A stretch of 51,736 nucleotides of DNA from a virus. Its lineage: Duplodnaviria > Heunggongvirae > Uroviricota > Caudoviricetes. This document shows, one piece after another, positions 37,766 to 45,992 of the stretch. Under the pieces are notes generated by a model. It had not been told where the DNA came from. It saw nothing but the letters and a program-made list of their open reading frames with translations, and did not search any database. The stretch spans positions 1-51,736 of the IMG/VR virus record IMGVR_UViG_2737471852_000002. One strand, 5' to 3'. Numbering within the stretch: the stretch's first letter is position 1; each line of letters opens with the position of its first letter. Both the position numbers and the translations under genes were made by a program.

Positions 37766-38052
37766 GCCTTGATTACCCCCTCTTTCAGCCAGATAACCTG
37801 CGTTCTCGCCATACCTTCCAGCGCGCATTCTTTAGCATACTCAGCATCGACAAAATGTGTACGGCGGTCGATCTCGTCGTGACAGGCAGAGCATGCAATG
37901 GTGGCAATCAGATCAGGCGGTTTGATTCCGGTGCCACATAACCCGGCCAGGCGAATGTGCGCCAGTACAGACGTTTCCGGGTTACCGTTGCAGACGCCGG
38001 GAATTCGAACCTGACAATCACGACCACGAGCCTCTTTGCGTAAATTTGCCAT
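37762..38052 (-). CDS. nin-region Cys-rich protein (YbcO / DUF1364-like)
   Basis: [34 protein letters not shown]...[11 protein letters not shown]; conserved neighbour of rusA in lambdoid prophages. Confidence 0.65.
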   Translation of the reverse strand: MANLRKEARGRDCQVRIPGVCNGNPETSVLAHIRLAGLCGTGIKPPDLIATIACSACHDEIDRRTHFVDAEYAKECALEGMARTQVIWLKEGVIKA

Positions 38053-38054
38053 GC

Positions 38055-38264
38055 TCACCCCCACGCCTTGCTTTGCCATACCCGGCTCGGGCGAGGCGCG
38101 TTGTCGCCTTCCGGCAATTGCGCGCTGACGGTCCAGGTGATGTTGTCGCGATTCAGGCTGCGCTCTGTCTTTACACCGCGCGCCCGGTATTTCTCCACCA
38201 GCTCGTCGGCCTGTTCGGTGGTGCATTCGTGATGGTGGAACCAGGAAAATTTCATCGCCATCAC
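38055..38264 (-). CDS. hypothetical nin-region protein
   Basis: 69-aa ORF filling the gap between neighbouring genes. Confidence 0.35.
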   Translation of the reverse strand: MMAMKFSWFHHHECTTEQADELVEKYRARGVKTERSLNRDNITWTVSAQLPEGDNAPRPSRVWQSKAWG

Positions 38265-38857
38265 CCCGCAAAGCTCATCAGCTGGGCGGCGGCGTTTTCT
38301 GCCTCTTCACAACTGCGAAATGATCGGGAGAGTATCCATCGCCACAGAACATCGAGCGCGGCTTTGTACAGCTGCTGGAACTCAGTTTCATCCATATTTG
38401 CGAATGAGATACTGCGGGGATGTTTGCGGAGGGTGCCGTCAGGCAGCTGAATGGCGTCGTAATGGCCGGACTCAATAGTGACCCATGCACGATATGCATC
38501 GAATGACTTACAGGCGCAGATGCTACCAGTACGCTTATCGGCAATGCGGTCAAGGTATTGCTCAGCCGCATCCAGCAGTGCGCCTTCGTTACCACCATAG
38601 GAAGCCAGGAATTTAGCATAGCCGGTAACCAGCTTGCGTTCATTGGAGGAGATAGCGCCGCCAGTTGGTTCCCAGTATTCAAAACCAAGATTCAGCAGAG
38701 CGAAAAAGCGGCGGTGAAACGCAGGATTGCGTACCTGTTTAAAGTCGGCCTCCAGCACGGCACCGAGCTTAATTTTTGATTGCAGTAATTCGCTGGTCTC
38801 CGGCGTGGCCGGGATCAGAATTCCTGAAGATTGCTTTATTAGTTGTAAGTGCGCCAT
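38261..38857 (-). CDS. nin-region protein (YbcN / DUF1367-like)
   Basis: 198 aa; family resemblance from memory only. Confidence 0.5.
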   Translation of the reverse strand: MAHLQLIKQSSGILIPATPETSELLQSKIKLGAVLEADFKQVRNPAFHRRFFALLNLGFEYWEPTGGAISSNERKLVTGYAKFLASYGGNEGALLDAAEQYLDRIADKRTGSICACKSFDAYRAWVTIESGHYDAIQLPDGTLRKHPRSISFANMDETEFQQLYKAALDVLWRWILSRSFRSCEEAENAAAQLMSFAG

Positions 38858-38998
38858 GATGTTCTTCTTGGCGCAGATGGTCGTCAGTTTCTCAGGCTGA
38901 CAGGGATATTATGGCTTGGCATACAGGCAAAAGCAATTTAACGCCGACAAAAAAAGCCTCCGAAGAGGCTTGTATGTTATTGATTATATTGTGACATG

Positions 38999-39337
38999 TC
39001 ACACGACTAACTTCACATCATGCCAGCCACGCGTAACCCAGCATTGCGAATCACCGGCGCATGGACACGACTTAACTGGCGGCACATCACCGCATTTACC
39101 GCAGCGGTTCGCACTGATTGACTTAATGCGACCACGAACTCGGGCATCATCCTGACGGATCAGTAACGCGATGTACTCGCTCATTTCATACGGCGCTCGC
39201 CCCGGACGGCGTGATGCACAATTGCGCTCCAGCATATCCATTTCCTGCGTATCAAGTATGAGCTCAAATTTACGCCCACCAGCAGCGGCTTGCCGGGCGC
39301 GCTGGGCAGCTTTGCGTTCTGCTGCGGTCTTAGCCAT
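38999..39337 (-). CDS. hypothetical protein with C-terminal Cys cluster
   Basis: 112 aa; CGKCGDVPPVKSCPCAGDSQCW zinc-ribbon-like. Confidence 0.35.
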   Translation of the reverse strand: MAKTAAERKAAQRARQAAAGGRKFELILDTQEMDMLERNCASRRPGRAPYEMSEYIALLIRQDDARVRGRIKSISANRCGKCGDVPPVKSCPCAGDSQCWVTRGWHDVKLVV

Positions 39338-39614
39338 TATCCGCCCCTTTTGGCTTGTGGATTCGAATAGTCATACCGCTTTCAGTGGTGATCACAATAG
39401 CTTCCCCTGGCTGGATATCCCCAAGGCGAAACGCATCGTAAAAGGAATCCAAAGCCAGCGACTTCTCATCCTTACGATTCAACCACCGCCAGCCTTTGCG
39501 AAGTGCTATGCCGAAAATCCATTGCCCTGCCTTGTAAGCCATAAAAAACCAGATGAGCACCACCTGAAAGAAGACAATCCAGTCAATAATCGTATATTTC
39601 GCGAAAGCGCCCAT
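39330..39614 (-). CDS. small membrane protein
   Basis: about 95 aa from ATG at 39614 (ATGA overlap with upstream stop); N-terminal TM (IIDWIVFFQVVLIWFFMAY). Confidence 0.4.
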   Translation of the reverse strand: MGAFAKYTIIDWIVFFQVVLIWFFMAYKAGQWIFGIALRKGWRWLNRKDEKSLALDSFYDAFRLGDIQPGEAIVITTESGMTIRIHKPKGADNG

Positions 39615-40375
39615 CACTTCACCTCCTGCGGCAGTTCTCCGGTGGCAGTAATCTGCATGACAATATCCCGGTGTTTGTTCAGCTCCCGCAGCGCGGCGCA
39701 GACACGCTCCCACTTCTGAACATGACTTTTCGCCCGACGCAGTTCACGGTTTGCCATATGCAGCGAAGGCAAAATGAGGTCATTCGCTTGCTTTTCGGTA
39801 AACGATGGCAACGACTGCACAATGTCCGCCACAGTTTCTGTTTTAATTTCTTCCTGTATTGTCGCTTCCTGTACTGGTAACGCAACACATGCTGGCTGAG
39901 GAAAGGCTTTACCATCATTTTCCGTTACCAAGGCAGCTTTCGGCTCTGCTGGTAAATTATCTCCCGGAATGCAGTAACGAAATTTACCGTTCTGATTAAC
40001 GCGAATCAGACGACCTTTGCTGATTGCCATTGCCAGCGTTGAAGCCACTTTTCGGGATGTTGTACCAGACAACGTAGCCAGTTCTTCCGCCGTTTGTGGT
40101 CCGCGCTGTTCAATCGTCGCGGTTAAATCGCACTCCGAAATTTTCGCGACTGTTGACGTGGTGGTCTCTTCCGGCAGTTCTTCCTGCGCTGGCTGTTCCT
40201 GCTGAACGTTGTTATCAGCCACACGCCAGGTGTACGCGCTTTTATCAACGAAACCAGCCTTTTTCAGTTCCCATAGTTCGTTCAGCACTTCTTCACGACT
40301 GATATCAAGTCGCGCAGCAAGTTCTATGGATGTGGCTTTTCCCATTGCTTTCAGTGCGTCAAAAACAGTCTCCAT
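39614..40375 (-). CDS. winged-helix DNA-binding protein (DUF1627-like)
   Basis: about 254 aa from ATG at 40375 (GGGAGA RBS); N-terminal HTH-like region then Glu/Gln-rich linker. Confidence 0.45.
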   Translation of the reverse strand: METVFDALKAMGKATSIELAARLDISREEVLNELWELKKAGFVDKSAYTWRVADNNVQQEQPAQEELPEETTTSTVAKISECDLTATIEQRGPQTAEELATLSGTTSRKVASTLAMAISKGRLIRVNQNGKFRYCIPGDNLPAEPKAALVTENDGKAFPQPACVALPVQEATIQEEIKTETVADIVQSLPSFTEKQANDLILPSLHMANRELRRAKSHVQKWERVCAALRELNKHRDIVMQITATGELPQEVK

Positions 40376-40397
40376 TAAATTTTTCTCCCGGTAAAAA

Positions 40398-40625
40398 TTA
40401 CTTCGCAATTCCTGGCTGGACGACATTCGGACGCCAGCTCTCCCAGTTAAAATTCACCCAGCGGCCACCGTTCATGGTCATGCGTTCCAACACCCGCTTG
40501 CCTAAAAGAGTGCTCATCGCTGCGAGATGATTTTCCCCAGTACTGCAGCGGATATCCTGAAATTTGCAGCCAGAATGCTGGCCGATGAAGCTAATAACGG
40601 CTTGTTTGCCATAGTTCTTTTTCAT
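40398..40625 (-). CDS. hypothetical small protein
   Basis: 75-aa ORF overlapping the helicase-loader stop. Confidence 0.35.
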   Translation of the reverse strand: MKKNYGKQAVISFIGQHSGCKFQDIRCSTGENHLAAMSTLLGKRVLERMTMNGGRWVNFNWESWRPNVVQPGIAK

Positions 40626-41473
40626 GACCTGTTCTCCCGATAGCTATCCCAGGTAAACGAAATCGTGCAGCCGCCACCGTCGTTCATGCGGTCGATGACG
40701 CGCTCGCCGATAAACTGCGTCAACTCATTCTTTGGCAGGTTGCTGATCAGGATCGTCGGCTTAAGCTTTTCGTAACGGGTGTTGATGATTTCGAACATAA
40801 TCAGTTTTTCGGCATCGCTGCCGAACTGAACGCCAACCTCATCAACTATCAGCAGGTCTGGCCTGGTGAATTGGCGTATCACATCATCCTCGGTGCGCGT
40901 TGCTGTTTTTGACCAGGTCGATTTAAACTCCCGGGCAATTTTCAGTGCCGTCGTGAAAATGACTGAGCTTTGGTGCTGCTCAATCACATGACGGGCAATT
41001 GCCAGCGCAAGGTGGTTTTTACCAGTACCAGGCTTGCCGCACATAACCAACCCACCTCCCTGCTGAAGGCGATCCGTCCATTTCGAGGCGTATGCCTGGC
41101 AGACTCGCAATGCGCGCTCAGAATCCTTCCCAACCGGCTTGTAGCTGTCCAGAGTACATGTGGAAAAGCGCTCTGGTATTTCCAACTGGCAAAGCAGCCT
41201 TTCGACAGTTTGCTGGCGAACTCGCTTATCCCAGCGAGCCTTCTCATCCTTCAGAAATTTCAGTTCGTCTTCCAGACAGCCTGGGCAGCGTGTCGGCGGT
41301 GATGGCAGATTTATGATGCTGTTAGTCAGGATCCGCTTGCGCTGTTCATACTCGCCATGCTTTTCGCAACAGACACGCTCGATAACCAGTTCGCAATTCG
41401 GGATGTCTTCCGGTGGCTTGCTCAGTTGGTCAAGTATCCGCTCAATGGCAGTTATTTTTTCTTCCAGATCCAT
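40622..41473 (-). CDS. DnaC-like helicase loader (replication protein, functional analogue of lambda P)
   Basis: Walker A GKPGTGKNHLALAIA, Walker B LLIVDEVG; N-terminal Cys pairs; immediately downstream of the O-like gene. Confidence 0.8.
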   Translation of the reverse strand: MDLEEKITAIERILDQLSKPPEDIPNCELVIERVCCEKHGEYEQRKRILTNSIINLPSPPTRCPGCLEDELKFLKDEKARWDKRVRQQTVERLLCQLEIPERFSTCTLDSYKPVGKDSERALRVCQAYASKWTDRLQQGGGLVMCGKPGTGKNHLALAIARHVIEQHQSSVIFTTALKIAREFKSTWSKTATRTEDDVIRQFTRPDLLIVDEVGVQFGSDAEKLIMFEIINTRYEKLKPTILISNLPKNELTQFIGERVIDRMNDGGGCTISFTWDSYRENRS

Positions 41474-41475
41474 GC

Positions 41476-42330
41476 TCAGTCCCTCGCCCATGATGGGATT
41501 TCAGTCTGCCCGTAGTCCTTCCCTGCGAAATTTTCGGCAACTCGCGTCTGTTGGCGTGGTTGAGGCTTGGAACCCTTTGGCTCAAACAAGCCTTGCCAGC
41601 CATTGGCGATGCTCTGATTAATAATTTCGTCAGGGGTGTAGCCGTTCAGCCTGCAGCGGTCGAGCAACTTGATAGCTTGCGTCACGGTCTGCTGAGACTT
41701 GATCGGCTTTTTCAGGTCACGACGGTATGCCACCCATGACGACCAGATTTCTGCAGAAAGCCAGTCAGGCAACTTAACAGCTGACGCATCGAACGAAACC
41801 GCCCGGGGGGATTTAGGGGGGTTATTAATATTGTCTTTATTGTCTTTTGTATGTTTGTCTTTTGTGTTTACCTGATTCGGGTAATAGGCGTTACCTGATT
41901 CGGGTAAACTTTTCTTACCTGATTCGGGTAAATTTACCTCTTTCGGGTAAACATTATTTTTCTTACCTGATTCGGGTAATGTTTCCCATTCGCTGACCAC
42001 ATTATTAATACCGATATTCCGCCCGCTCTGAATAAAAATCCCACGCTTTACCAGAACACTTTTTGCAGCTGAGCACTTATGCGGGAGAATGCCGGTCAGC
42101 TCCGAGATCTGCTCGTTACTGACCCAGTCAGATTTCTTATTGAAGCCGTATGTTTTGCGCATGACGGCCATGAACACCAAAAGCTGATGCTGCGACAAAC
42201 CTGCATGCATGACAGCCTCAAGGAGCTCATTGGCGATACGCGTATAACCATCGTCGAGATCTGCCACGCGCAGCTCCTGTAGTGCCACGACAGGCACAGG
42301 GAAATTGATTACTTCGGCAGTATTTGCCAT
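41476..42330 (-). CDS. O: replication initiator O-like protein
   Basis: N-terminus ...VADLDDGYTRIANELLEA...RKTYGFNK... resembles lambda O; iterons embedded in the gene. Confidence 0.8.
   Translation of the reverse strand: MANTAEVINFPVPVVALQELRVADLDDGYTRIANELLEAVMHAGLSQHQLLVFMAVMRKTYGFNKKSDWVSNEQISELTGILPHKCSAAKSVLVKRGIFIQSGRNIGINNVVSEWETLPESGKKNNVYPKEVNLPESGKKSLPESGNAYYPNQVNTKDKHTKDNKDNINNPPKSPRAVSFDASAVKLPDWLSAEIWSSWVAYRRDLKKPIKSQQTVTQAIKLLDRCRLNGYTPDEIINQSIANGWQGLFEPKGSKPQPRQQTRVAENFAGKDYGQTEIPSWARD
41868..41979. repeat. replication origin iterons (5 copies of a 17-bp repeat) inside the O-like gene
   Basis: four exact copies of TTACCTGATTCGGGTAA plus one degenerate copy, flanked at 41821-41867 by an AT-rich tract, as in ori-lambda. 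Confidence 0.8.
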
Positions 42331-42415
42331 AATTACTCCTGTGAATTTGTTCAGTTAATTCGCGTAGAAAGCCGTTAGTGTTCCCGCACTGCGGCTTTCG
42401 CCCTTCTGTTTCCAC

Positions 42416-42637
42416 TCATGCTTCAAAATCACCTTTCTCTCCCGGCCTGTTAGAAATCAGGATGGCCAGCAGTAGCGACATGTTCGGCAGCAGACTTTCC
42501 CGCCAGCGACTCACCGTCGACTTATTCACTCCGGCCACTTTGGCGATATTCGTGGTTCCCAGTTCAGCTATCTGGCTGTGTAACCAGCTTTCTATCCTGC
42601 GAGCCTCCACTTTGTTGCGTGTCGTTGAACTCTCCAT
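42416..42637 (-). CDS. cII: CII-like transcriptional activator
   Basis: 73 aa; ...ARRIESWLHSQIAELGTTNIAKVAGVNKSTVSRWRESLLPNMSLLLAIL... parallels lambda CII. Confidence 0.65.
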   Translation of the reverse strand: MESSTTRNKVEARRIESWLHSQIAELGTTNIAKVAGVNKSTVSRWRESLLPNMSLLLAILISNRPGEKGDFEA

Positions 42638-42716
42638 TTGTGATACTTCCTCTGGTGGTGTTTGGAATGGCTGAATTACTCAGTCAGAACCCGCTGACTG
42701 CTCAATTCAGCTTTGT

Positions 42717-42908
42717 TTAATCAGGATTTCTGTTATGTGGGAAAGGCTTGATCTCCTCAGCCTTAATTTTTCCATCAGGCAGGGTGTTAACGAAAATCTT
42801 CCGCCCTACCCGGATAGCTTTACTAATTGCGGTCTGGTGAACGCCGATGGCATCAGCAGCTCTTGCCTGTCCAACTTCGTCAACGTATTCAGCTAAAGAA
42901 ATTTTCAT
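42717..42908 (-). CDS. cro: Cro repressor (lambda-Cro-like)
   Basis: 63 aa from ATG at 42908 (AGGAG RBS); GVHQTAISKAIRVGRKIFVNTLPDGKIKAEEIKPFPHN closely parallels lambda Cro. Confidence 0.8.
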   Translation of the reverse strand: MKISLAEYVDEVGQARAADAIGVHQTAISKAIRVGRKIFVNTLPDGKIKAEEIKPFPHNRNPD

Positions 42909-42939
42909 GTGGTTAGCTCCTATCAACTCACGAGTAAAC

Positions 42940-42979
42940 AATACCACAAGTATTAAACATTGCAATACCGCTAGTATTT
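42940..42979. promoter_or_regulatory. OR-like operators between cro and cI
   Basis: 15-bp palindromes AATACcacaaGTATT and AATACcgctaGTATT about 24 bp apart in the cro-cI intergenic region. Confidence 0.55.
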
Positions 42980-43012
42980 TTAAAATAAGAACATTGGTAT
43001 TACTATTTGAAA

Positions 43013-43723
43013 ATGGAAAAGAAAAAGACACTGACATCGGCTCAGATCGCTGACGCAGAAAGGCTGAAAGCCCTCTATGAAGCCAAGAAAAAAGAGCTTG
43101 GGATAACACAGCAATCAATAGCTGACATGCTAGACATATCTCAGGGGGGCGTTGGGCATTACTTGAATGGCAGGAATGCCCTTAATGCTGCCGTGGCTGC
43201 TGTTTTTGCCAGAGCCCTCCAGGTGGATGTCTCTGATTTTAGCCCCAGCCTTGCGAAAGAAATATCTGCAATGAGTGCTTCCGCTACATCGAATGCCAAG
43301 TATGCAGGCCAGTACACCCCAGGCATTAAATACCCTGTATTAAGCAAGATTCAGGCTGGGCATTGGTCGGAAGCGTGCGAGCCGTATGCACTTAAAGATA
43401 TCGATCTATGGCTAGAATCAGACGCTCACATCCAGGGGGATGCGTTCTGGTTGTTGGTCGAGGGGGAATCCATGACTGCCCCGGTCGGGCTCAGCATACC
43501 AGAGGGTACCTACGTTTTGTTTGATACCGGCCGAGAGCCAGTAAATGGCAGCCTTGTGATCGCAAAGCTATCCGAATCAAACGAAGCGACATTCAAAAAG
43601 CTGATTATTGATGGGGGCCAGAAGTACCTGAAGGGCTTAAACCCTCAATGGCCATTGGTTCCCATCAACGGAAACTGTCGAATCATTGGTGTGGCAGTAG
43701 AAACTAAGTTAAGGCTTGTGTGA
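43013..43723 (+). CDS. cI: CI-type repressor with S24 (LexA-like) autocleavage domain
   Basis: N-terminal HTH (QQSIADMLDISQGGVGHYLNG), C-terminal ...LVEGESMTAP...GSLVIAKL...ATFKKL...; divergent from cro. Confidence 0.85.
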   Translation: MEKKKTLTSAQIADAERLKALYEAKKKELGITQQSIADMLDISQGGVGHYLNGRNALNAAVAAVFARALQVDVSDFSPSLAKEISAMSASATSNAKYAGQYTPGIKYPVLSKIQAGHWSEACEPYALKDIDLWLESDAHIQGDAFWLLVEGESMTAPVGLSIPEGTYVLFDTGREPVNGSLVIAKLSESNEATFKKLIIDGGQKYLKGLNPQWPLVPINGNCRIIGVAVETKLRLV

Positions 43724-43836
43724 TCGGCAGCATGCCGCAGACGTACAGGAAGCATGGGTAGCCACTTACGTTCGTTTTATCCTTGATAAAATGAATTACA
43801 ACGTATTAAAAAATATTGAATTTTGGAGATAAACAA

Positions 43837-44103
43837 TTGACTGAACGAAACCCGTCACTTACCCCTCAGCACATGACTGCGACCTCAACCATTTTGACTC
43901 CTGGAAAGGATGAGGTTGTAATTACGTTTTACTCTCATGAATTTACTTATCTTTTACCAGAAAACGTTCAACCGCAAACTGGCATTCAGGTTAAAGTAGA
44001 TCTGAGGCCTGAGATTGGTATTTCACTTACAACAGACCAAGCAATTGCGCTTACGAAGGCTCTTAAAACCAATTTGGAAGCGAATGGACTTTGGAAACAG
44101 TAA
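43837..44103 (+). CDS. hypothetical protein, first gene of the cassette downstream of cI (rexA/rexB position)
   Basis: about 88 aa; start ambiguous (TTG at 43816 or 43837, GGAG RBS); no family recognised. Confidence 0.35.
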   Translation: MTERNPSLTPQHMTATSTILTPGKDEVVITFYSHEFTYLLPENVQPQTGIQVKVDLRPEIGISLTTDQAIALTKALKTNLEANGLWKQ

Positions 44104-44159
44104 ATCCTGGTTCGGATAATACAACTGTTACGCCTTCAAGTGGTAAGGCGGGATTTGTT

Positions 44160-44639
44160 ATGCCGGGAATTATGGTTAGCGCAGCATTAGCCGCGTCGAT
44201 GGCGCCTTCCTATGGAAGCGTACCTCAGTACCAAATTGCTTTTGAAGATGCTAGTCTTACCAGTAGACCATATGACAAATTTACCAGTCTGCCGCTGGAT
44301 AAAGAGACCGAATCACATGGAAGCAGTGTAAACTTGGAGGCCGATGTGAGCTCAGCAAGCAGAGAGGAGATCGACGCAAAACTGGCCTTGACAAAGGCTG
44401 AGATTGAACTATCTCAGGCTCATAACTTTTCGTCAATTGAAAAGCTATTGATTGAAGTTAAAGGAGAAATAGCGTCTTTACGGGGAGAGCTGTCTGGTAA
44501 TAAAGATGCTGTCTCTGGGCAAATAGACGGGCTAAAAACATCTATTTCAACGATGCAATGGATGGTGGGGACTGTTCTTGCCATGATGGGTATTGCTGTC
44601 GCTATTTTAGCCATTCCCGGAATCAATAAACTCCTGTGA
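44160..44639 (+). CDS. bitopic membrane protein with central coiled coil, second gene of the cassette downstream of cI
   Basis: about 159 aa from ATG at 44160 (ORF opens at 44091); N-terminal hydrophobic segment, coiled coil, C-terminal TM (MQWMVGTVLAMMGIAVAILAIPGI); overlaps the upstream gene. Confidence 0.4.
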   Translation: MPGIMVSAALAASMAPSYGSVPQYQIAFEDASLTSRPYDKFTSLPLDKETESHGSSVNLEADVSSASREEIDAKLALTKAEIELSQAHNFSSIEKLLIEVKGEIASLRGELSGNKDAVSGQIDGLKTSISTMQWMVGTVLAMMGIAVAILAIPGINKLL

Positions 44640-44647
44640 TCACCCAA

Positions 44648-44670
44648 CCCGGCCACCGCGCCGGGTTTTT
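44648..44670 (+). terminator. intrinsic terminator ending the cI / downstream-cassette transcription unit
   Basis: cccggc-caccgc-gccggg followed by TTTTT. Confidence 0.7.
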
Positions 44671-44742
44671 ACTGCCCTACTCTTCCCGCAACATCAGCAC
44701 ATCCAGTGCCAGCTCCACAGCCAGATCGACCTGGTCTTCCTG

Positions 44743-44880
44743 TCACAACACCTGAATCATCTCTATCAGCGCCTCTCTTGAGGGCTCGTGCTTCTCAACC
44801 AGCAGCTGCATAACCGCTATCCCGATAACCTGCGCTATCTGCGGGTGCATTTCTGCGAAAAACTCATCCTCATTTGACAT
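44743..44880 (-). CDS. possible 45-aa small protein between the terminator and OL
   Basis: AAAGGGG RBS 8 nt before ATG at 44880; MSNEDEFFAEMHPQIAQVIGIAVMQLLVEKHEPSREALIEMIQVL; below the ORF-track cutoff. Confidence 0.3.
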   Translation of the reverse strand: MSNEDEFFAEMHPQIAQVIGIAVMQLLVEKHEPSREALIEMIQVL

Positions 44881-44951
44881 GCCAACACCCCTTTATGATG
44901 TTTTTTTGAGCATAACAGCACTTTTTACAAAAATAAATTAACTTTAAAATC

Positions 44952-45020
44952 ATACCTTTAGTATTTTTATTAAATATCATAATACTGGCGGTATTGATAT
45001 AAAATAATACCCGGAGTATT
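44952..45020. promoter_or_regulatory. OL-like operators / pL region
   Basis: AATACtggcgGTATT, AATACccggaGTATT and ATACctttaGTAT share the AATAC-N5-GTATT design of the sites between cro and cI. Confidence 0.55.
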
Positions 45021-45132
45021 ATCACCTCATCCAAACAACGCACACAAATGCGCAGATGGCCCAAAACTCCGCTGGCCGGCGATAAGGCGATAAGGGTGAA
45101 ACGTCCTCAGGATGTAAAGGATGGATTGATTT

Positions 45133-45252
45133 ATGGCAGACAACTACTCGTTAGCGACTTTGGTTTCTACAGCAGCTATAGCGGTTGCAATAACCAATCT
45201 GGTATGGACTGTGATGATGCAGATCACCATCCACAAACTCAAAGACAGATAA
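45133..45252 (+). CDS. possible 39-aa hydrophobic peptide, first ORF of the early-left operon
   Basis: AAGGATGG RBS; MADNYSLATLVSTAAIAVAITNLVWTVMMQITIHKLKDR has a single TM helix; the alternative overlapping 70-aa ORF 45048-45260 lacks an RBS. Confidence 0.3.
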   Translation: MADNYSLATLVSTAAIAVAITNLVWTVMMQITIHKLKDR

Positions 45253-45474
45253 CCACTTGAGAGTGGCAATACTAAAGCTGATTTGACTCGGTTTTGGTAT
45301 TCAAAACAATACTTAAACGCGCAGTAGGTTTGAAACGTTCCGCCAGCTTGGCGACAAGGGCAAAGCACAGAAGTGAGCTTCGCGGTGGTGAATTGCAGAG
45401 TTAAAGCGCTCAACCGTGAAGATCAGCGCCGCAGCAACACCAGCGAAGTTCACTCAGAAAAACTGGAGTACATC

Positions 45475-45681
45475 ATGGTTCATCAGCACTACGGTACACA
45501 GACAGTAAACCGCGGCGCAGTTCAGCCGGGGATGCTTGTAAAACACAAAGACTCAACCTGGACCGCATCTGCTAACGCACGCGGTCGCCTGTATCTTCAC
45601 CGTGGCATCGAACGTACCTACACCAAAGATTTGCTGGTTGAGGTTTATCTAAACGGTTTAGGACATGGCCTTAGCCATTAA
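45475..45681 (+). CDS. hypothetical early protein (Kil-like position)
   Basis: 68 aa from ATG at 45475 with GGAG RBS; upstream of recE. Confidence 0.4.
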   Translation: MVHQHYGTQTVNRGAVQPGMLVKHKDSTWTASANARGRLYLHRGIERTYTKDLLVEVYLNGLGHGLSH

Positions 45682-45691
45682 CGGAGTGAGT

Positions 45692-45853
45692 TATGCAGGA
45701 GAAAAAATGCGCGTACTGCCGCAAGCCGATCAAGCAAGGGAAGGAAGTTAAAAACGAACTGCTCTTTATCCACGGCACGCAGTTGAAACGCGAGCAACGT
45801 GATTACTGTTCAGTACGTTGCGCTTCGTTCGACCAGATGGCCCACGAAGCATA
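45692..45853 (+). CDS. small zinc-ribbon protein (YdaE-like position)
   Basis: 53 aa, GGAG RBS; CAYC...CSVRC cysteine pairs. Confidence 0.45.
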
Positions 45854-45992
45854 ACGAAAACCCCGCGCAAGGCGGGATTCACGTCCGGTGCCACCGACCA
45901 AAGTTACACCGGAATTTATACCAAACCAAAAAACATCCAATGGGCGCTATCTCTGGCACGGGGATTCTAACACTCAAAAAAGAGGATCTCAC

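Noticed and set aside
44870-45064. 64-aa minus-strand ORF in the OL/pL region
   Set aside because: Lies across the AT-rich operator/promoter DNA, has no RBS, and its translation is a low-complexity Ile/Lys/Cys-rich string; the sequence is better explained as operators and promoter.
45048-45260. 70-aa basic ORF considered as a possible N-like antiterminator
   Set aside because: No RBS, no clear arginine-rich motif comparable to N proteins, and no recognisable nut-like site; an overlapping 39-aa ORF with a good RBS is the more plausible coding unit, and both remain unverified.
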